The notes beneath the pieces are model-generated. The model made no database searches. It had not been told where the DNA came from and saw only the letters and a program-made list of their open reading frames with translations. From positions 1 to 60,358 of IMG/VR virus record IMGVR_UViG_3300042884_000410: a DNA stretch of 60,358 nucleotides; one strand, given 5' to 3'. This DNA comes from a virus. Its lineage: Duplodnaviria; Caudoviricetes. Below are positions 55,996-60,358 of the stretch, one piece after another; the stretch's first letter is position 1; every line of letters begins with the position of its first letter. A program made the translations under genes and the position numbers.

Positions 55996-57447
55996 TTACT
56001 TAGCGAGTAACCCACCAAGAAAGCCACCAGCCTTGGTTACATTTGTCTGAGGACGAATAATCTGGTCGTTCATGGACTCAAGACGCTTAACTGCTTGCTG
56101 TCTCTGAGCCTCTTCCATCTTGTCCTCTGCATCGAACTGCTCCTTTGATCGCGTGTCGCCAGGAGCAACGTAACTCATAAAGGCATCTCCAAAGTTGGTG
56201 ATGTCACCAGCTTCTTCCATCGCTTCTTGGCCCAGGCGACCTAGATACGTTGGCTTTTGGGCCAGATGGTTGGTGATGCTGTTTGCCGTGGAGTTGGCGA
56301 ACTGCTTGAGCCCGGGAACGGGAGCCTTGGCGACACCACGGGCAACACCACGGACAAGATTAGGGATGGCTTTCGTGGACCCAGCCATGATGGACCCGTC
56401 CAGAAGACCGTTGGCGAGCCCCATGCCAGCGTTGATCAGCGGCTGGATGAGCGGAATCTGCCCCTTCCAGTCCTTGGGGAGGTACGGTTCCGCGATTTTG
56501 CGGAACATATCCCCTGCATACATACCCTCGGAGTCCCGGTGGGCAGCCCGCCCCTCCTCAACAAATGCGTTGTTCGCCCGCCAGCCGTTGTCCTTAGCCA
56601 GAACCGGGGAGCTACGGTTGAAGTCCGCACCGTAGGACCGGACGGCAGTGTCACCAGCCGCAGCACTTGCGTCAGTTCCCCGTAGTAGTGCAGTCCCTAG
56701 ATTGCTCCACCCGTCAGAGAGAGCCCCGCCCATCTTGGTAGTGAAGGCTCCAGCAAAGTTCTCTGGATTGCCCATCTCCCGGCTCACAACATTGCCGTCA
56801 ATCGGCTTGAATCCAGAGGGATAGCCAGTGGGATTGCCGACTGGATCACCGTACTGGTCTGTGTGCTGATGGGAATTGTCCGGCGAGTAACCCATCTGAG
56901 TCGGGTAGGGGATGCCCATGATGTGACCGGCAGAGGCTTTCCGGTCGATGGAATTGCCGTAGGTCTGCGCCGCCCGCTCCATGTTGTCCTTCTGAACCTC
57001 CTCATCGGTGCTTTGCCGCTGAGAGAAGTTGGGGACAAATCCGCCTGGAGAGGACATTCCACGGGATGGGGTAGTTGCTTTTGCCGTGTGGGCCTTGAGC
57101 ATATCGTCATGCAGACGCATTCTGGCTTCCGCCTGGGCCGTCATCTTCCCGCCCGGGGAATACTCATAGGAGTCTGGGGTCCTGCCGTTCAACTGGTCGG
57201 GAAACCATTGCTCTCCCCGGTATCCAGCGAGCATGTGGTCTTGTTGCTCAAACTCATTCGCACTCTGGGGAACGTAGCTGGGGTGGCCGATCTTCATGTG
57301 GCCACGGAGCATCTCGGCTCTCGGGTGCTGCTTGCCAGCCGCGTGGGCAGCCGCCATAGCTTCGGCATCGAACCCAGCTTGTAGCTCCGGGGGCAGCCGG
57401 GAAATGTCCTGGGAGTAGGCGTGGCGAAGTGCTTCTTCAGGTGTCAT
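55996..57447 (-). CDS. Putative internal virion protein, 483 aa
   Basis: G/A-rich helical sequence in late block. Confidence 0.6.
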   Translation of the reverse strand: MTPEEALRHAYSQDISRLPPELQAGFDAEAMAAAHAAGKQHPRAEMLRGHMKIGHPSYVPQSANEFEQQDHMLAGYRGEQWFPDQLNGRTPDSYEYSPGGKMTAQAEARMRLHDDMLKAHTAKATTPSRGMSSPGGFVPNFSQRQSTDEEVQKDNMERAAQTYGNSIDRKASAGHIMGIPYPTQMGYSPDNSHQHTDQYGDPVGNPTGYPSGFKPIDGNVVSREMGNPENFAGAFTTKMGGALSDGWSNLGTALLRGTDASAAAGDTAVRSYGADFNRSSPVLAKDNGWRANNAFVEEGRAAHRDSEGMYAGDMFRKIAEPYLPKDWKGQIPLIQPLINAGMGLANGLLDGSIMAGSTKAIPNLVRGVARGVAKAPVPGLKQFANSTANSITNHLAQKPTYLGRLGQEAMEEAGDITNFGDAFMSYVAPGDTRSKEQFDAEDKMEEAQRQQAVKRLESMNDQIIRPQTNVTKAGGFLGGLLAK

Positions 57448-58694
57448 GAGAGTAGAGCCGTCCGTAGGTTGGGCTTGGTGGAGCCGGTCTTGTAGTTGAT
57501 GTCATCAATGTCATTGAGCGCATCTGGACCGGCGTTATTCAGGATGTCCTGAAGTGCCCGAATTTGATGCTCATACCCGTGGGCCGGGGCTCCCATATTG
57601 GGGTGCCCGTCGAGATTGATGGAAGGATCAGCACCCGTTGGCTTGTAGGCCCGAACGTAATCAAGCCAGTTCTTCAGGGTGTTCTTGTCCACACCCACAT
57701 CCCGCATCCCGGGCTCGACCGTTTCGGTCATTCGCTTGGTGTGAAAGATGAGATTTGCTAGCTCCTCGCCTCGGCTCGACATATACCGGGCATCCGGTGC
57801 AGAAAGCAGATCGCGGCGGATGTCTCCAATAGCGGGGCGGGTGTGCTGGGTGGGGTTCCCAAACTCGTCAAGAATCTGTTGCGAAGACCACGCTTGGCTG
57901 GGCATCTGGTTGTGGAAGATGCTGTGGATGACTTCATGCTGACCAGTGTTCATGCCACGGCGAACTGACTCGTTCCATTTGGATGCGTGTTGGTCCCCGG
58001 TCCTATTCAGGAAAATCGACTTATTCACCCCATCGGCAAACCCTTCGGTGCCTTTGCTCTCGTCAAACTGGTCATTGAGGGAACGATAAGCCATCCACGG
58101 ACTGTTGAGTTGGTCTTCTAGGTCATCCAGGTGATAGACAACCGACTTATTGAGCCCGCCAGCGTCGTTTCTCAGAGCTAGTCTGGTGCCGACACGATCA
58201 CTCTGGGCACTGTTCCCAGTGATCCCATCTAGGCCACTCCAAGGAGTGAAGCGTGTAACTCCCACCTTGTCGGATATGCCCATCAACTCAGGGCCCTGAA
58301 GCTCTGGGTCAAAGTTTGTGTGGATCGTTCCCCGGTATCGGACGGTGGGGGAGTTCCCAAGAACGCTATTAGCCAAATCCTTGGTGGGCCTGCCGTCCCG
58401 CTTGAACTGGCTCCACATCACTTCGTTCGCACGAATGGCAGCGTCTGGATTGCCGGTGAACCTGACCGCATCCAGGGCAACACCAGCGGGGGCAATGTTG
58501 TTGTCCGTGAAGTGGCGGCGATCATCCAGCTTGTCTTTAGCAATCAATTCCCCGTGGTCAGCCGACTTGGGGTTGTAGGCCCGCTCGTCGCTGACCACCC
58601 TCCTCATGTTGTCTTGCTGGAGCGCAACAACCTGATCCGGGGTCAGAGTCCGTGGAACCTGTTGGGTGAAAGCTCGTCTGGCGGCTCGACTCAT
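57444..58694 (-). CDS. Putative virion protein with HEXXH (zincin-like) motif
   Basis: AGGAGG RBS, MSRAARR; QHEVIHS...EELAN. Confidence 0.65.
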   Translation of the reverse strand: MSRAARRAFTQQVPRTLTPDQVVALQQDNMRRVVSDERAYNPKSADHGELIAKDKLDDRRHFTDNNIAPAGVALDAVRFTGNPDAAIRANEVMWSQFKRDGRPTKDLANSVLGNSPTVRYRGTIHTNFDPELQGPELMGISDKVGVTRFTPWSGLDGITGNSAQSDRVGTRLALRNDAGGLNKSVVYHLDDLEDQLNSPWMAYRSLNDQFDESKGTEGFADGVNKSIFLNRTGDQHASKWNESVRRGMNTGQHEVIHSIFHNQMPSQAWSSQQILDEFGNPTQHTRPAIGDIRRDLLSAPDARYMSSRGEELANLIFHTKRMTETVEPGMRDVGVDKNTLKNWLDYVRAYKPTGADPSINLDGHPNMGAPAHGYEHQIRALQDILNNAGPDALNDIDDINYKTGSTKPNLRTALLS

Positions 58695-58846
58695 TAGCCG
58701 TGCCCTCCTACTTGTTGTTCCGCTCACGCCACCGGGCGACAAGCTCCGCAATCCCACCCACAAGCGCAACGCCACCCACGACAAAAGCGAGGTAGCACAC
58801 CATCGCGTAAGTCAGGTCAACGACGAAGCGGGCGGGTTCCATGCCC

Positions 58847-58880
58847 TATTTATGTCCCGGCTGGCGGATTTTGCTCCGCT
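58847..58880 (-). promoter_or_regulatory. Putative late promoter, class A copy 3
   Basis: AGCGG-N16-CGGGACATAAATA at head of the late block. Confidence 0.75.
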
Positions 58881-59062
58881 TCCTTGGCTTTGCGGTTGGC
58901 TCGGTACTGCTTCATGTAGGCAGCCTTCTTGAGCTTGAAAGCCTTGTAAGCAGCGGGGTCCTGCTTCAGCAACCGGCGACGTTCGTGGTAGCCACGGCGA
59001 TCAGACTCAAGGTCAGCGTCAGCGTTGATGGCGAGATAGGCAGCGGACCTGTGCAGCGGCAT
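58850..59062 (-). CDS. Small basic helical protein
   Basis: GGAG RBS; LKQDPAAYKAFKLKKAAY. Confidence 0.65.
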   Translation of the reverse strand: MPLHRSAAYLAINADADLESDRRGYHERRRLLKQDPAAYKAFKLKKAAYMKQYRANRKAKEAEQNPPAGT

Positions 59063-59135
59063 TGGGAATCTCCCGGGGGTAATCGAACCTCGTTGATTAC
59101 AAGCACCCTCGGGGAGGCGGGCAATCCTTTGGGGA

Positions 59136-59170
59136 GTAACTATGGACCCCCGCGTAACTCACCGGATACT
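59136..59170 (+). promoter_or_regulatory. Putative promoter, class B copy 3 (leaderless)
   Basis: GTAACTA-TGGACC-N16-GATACT, 6 nt before ATG 59177. Confidence 0.5.
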
Positions 59171-59176
59171 CAGGGC

Positions 59177-59584
59177 ATGAGCAACGCATCGCGGTGCCGG
59201 ACCTATTACCAGAAGCTCAAGGCAGACCCAGAGAGGTGGAAGGCATTCATGGAAAAGAGAGCCGCCTACAAGACCGGGGCGCGTGAACCATGTGAACCAT
59301 GTGAACCTAAGGGGAAGCCAACCTCGGAGGAACGGGCGGCATTGCTGGCAGCGTTCGATGAGCCTGCCCCGTCAGTAGCGCACCTCGGTGGCAAACACGC
59401 AGCCCCATCCACCGTCTATCACGGCATCCCACCTGAGGCACTCATCAAGCAATACCAAGAACACCACGCCAAGCAGCTTCCCCAGCAAGTGCCCCTCCAC
59501 GAACACCCCTTCATCAAAGCCCTCCAAGAGAGACTCCCATGCACCCTAGTCAAGGAACTGCCCCCCAAGGAGAAACCACAATGA
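59177..59584 (+). CDS. Hypothetical protein, 135 aa
   Basis: LKADPERWKAFMEKRAAY; 9-bp tandem repeat encoding EPCEPCEP. Confidence 0.7.
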   Translation: MSNASRCRTYYQKLKADPERWKAFMEKRAAYKTGAREPCEPCEPKGKPTSEERAALLAAFDEPAPSVAHLGGKHAAPSTVYHGIPPEALIKQYQEHHAKQLPQQVPLHEHPFIKALQERLPCTLVKELPPKEKPQ

Positions 59585-59889
59585 CTGACCCAGTGGCATG
59601 GGCCGTAACCATTGGCCCGCCTGACGATGTGTCGGTGTACGAGGCTTATGCGGCCCATCAAAAGGAAGAGGCAGTAGCAATGGCCGACGAGTGCAGGTTT
59701 GGCGACAAGGACAAGCCGCTGCCTCTGGCTCCGCTCTACTTCCTGCCCGCCCTCACCGCAGAGGAGCGGGAAGCGATTAAGCATGCCATCGGCATAGTCG
59801 ATTGGCACAAAGCCTACTTCTCCCACCTGAAGCATGATGAGCCGCTGCCGTCTGCCACCCTCCGCAAGCTACTGGAGAGGCTGACATGA
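59581..59889 (+). CDS. Hypothetical protein, 102 aa
   Basis: AAGGAG RBS; PVAWAV..PLY..P.LT.EEREAI. Confidence 0.75.
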   Translation: MTDPVAWAVTIGPPDDVSVYEAYAAHQKEEAVAMADECRFGDKDKPLPLAPLYFLPALTAEEREAIKHAIGIVDWHKAYFSHLKHDEPLPSATLRKLLERLT

Positions 59890-60014
59890 CCTCCGCAATC
59901 CTGCAAATCTGTTCCGTGGTGCTGGTAGTGAGCATCACCGCGATGGTGGCCACAGGTAGCCTCTGCATGGTGTGCATGATGATCCGGGTTCTTGTGGGGA
60001 AAGACACAGACTGA
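59886..60014 (+). CDS. Small hydrophobic peptide, 42 aa (not in ORF track)
   Basis: GAGG RBS, ATGA overlap, single hydrophobic stretch. Confidence 0.5.
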   Translation: MTSAILQICSVVLVVSITAMVATGSLCMVCMMIRVLVGKDTD

Positions 60015-60055
60015 GCGACCTGGATGTAATCAAGATTCTTGATTTGGGAAAAAAG

Positions 60056-60358
60056 ACAGGGGGGGAACTAACACATAGGCACGGGGGCGCGGGGGGGCCC
60101 GGGAGCCCGCACGGAGCCCGCACAGGCCCGCGCTTCTTCGTGCGCATGGGGCCGCGCGGGACCGCTCAAAAGCCCGCAGAACCGCAGCCACGGGCGTTCC
60201 CGGGCATTCCTGGGCGGGGGCGTGGTGCAAGAGGTCCGGTTGGCCCCTGTTTACGGGGGCCAACCACAGCCGTTTTCTGACCAGTTTCGGCTGACCACCA
60301 CCCCACCCACCACCCCACCGCTGATCGGCCCACAGGCAGGCAGCCACGGGCTCAGGAA
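60056..60358. repeat. Right terminal direct repeat
   Basis: Copy of 1-303 with 12 substitutions. Confidence 0.95.

Overview
The window appears to be an essentially complete ~60 kb temperate tailed-phage genome with a podovirus-like layout. It is bounded by a 303-bp imperfect direct repeat (1-303 / 60056-60358). Layout: (i) a + strand early region (0.5-8.1 kb) of small ORFs, DUF932, a LexA-type DNA-binding domain and a serine recombinase, punctuated by repeated structured intergenic elements; (ii) a - strand replication/recombination block (8-17.2 kb: sigma factor, DUF5664, Holliday-junction resolvase, MazG-like, HNH, SF2 helicase, CsrA, ERF, RecE-like exonuclease) with no recognisable polymerase, primase or initiator, but a ~530-bp structured non-coding region; (iii) a tyrosine integrase beside a tRNA-Gly(CCC) 3' half (attP) that lies inside an ORF; (iv) a - strand morphogenesis block (18-58.7 kb: internal proteins, tail, collagen/fibre cluster, portal, terminase, capsid, scaffold). 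A Planctomycetota host is inferred from gene content, not shown. Most notable: an early-region RNA element set (four GNA-triloop hairpin + GCCCAGT boxes and three anticodon-less tRNA-like three-way junctions with covariation), fibre genes carrying split halves of one beta-module, attP inside a gene, two phage promoter classes, and a shared MSRA-x-R N-terminus on three putative internal proteins. All protein calls are by eye from motifs; no database searches were run.
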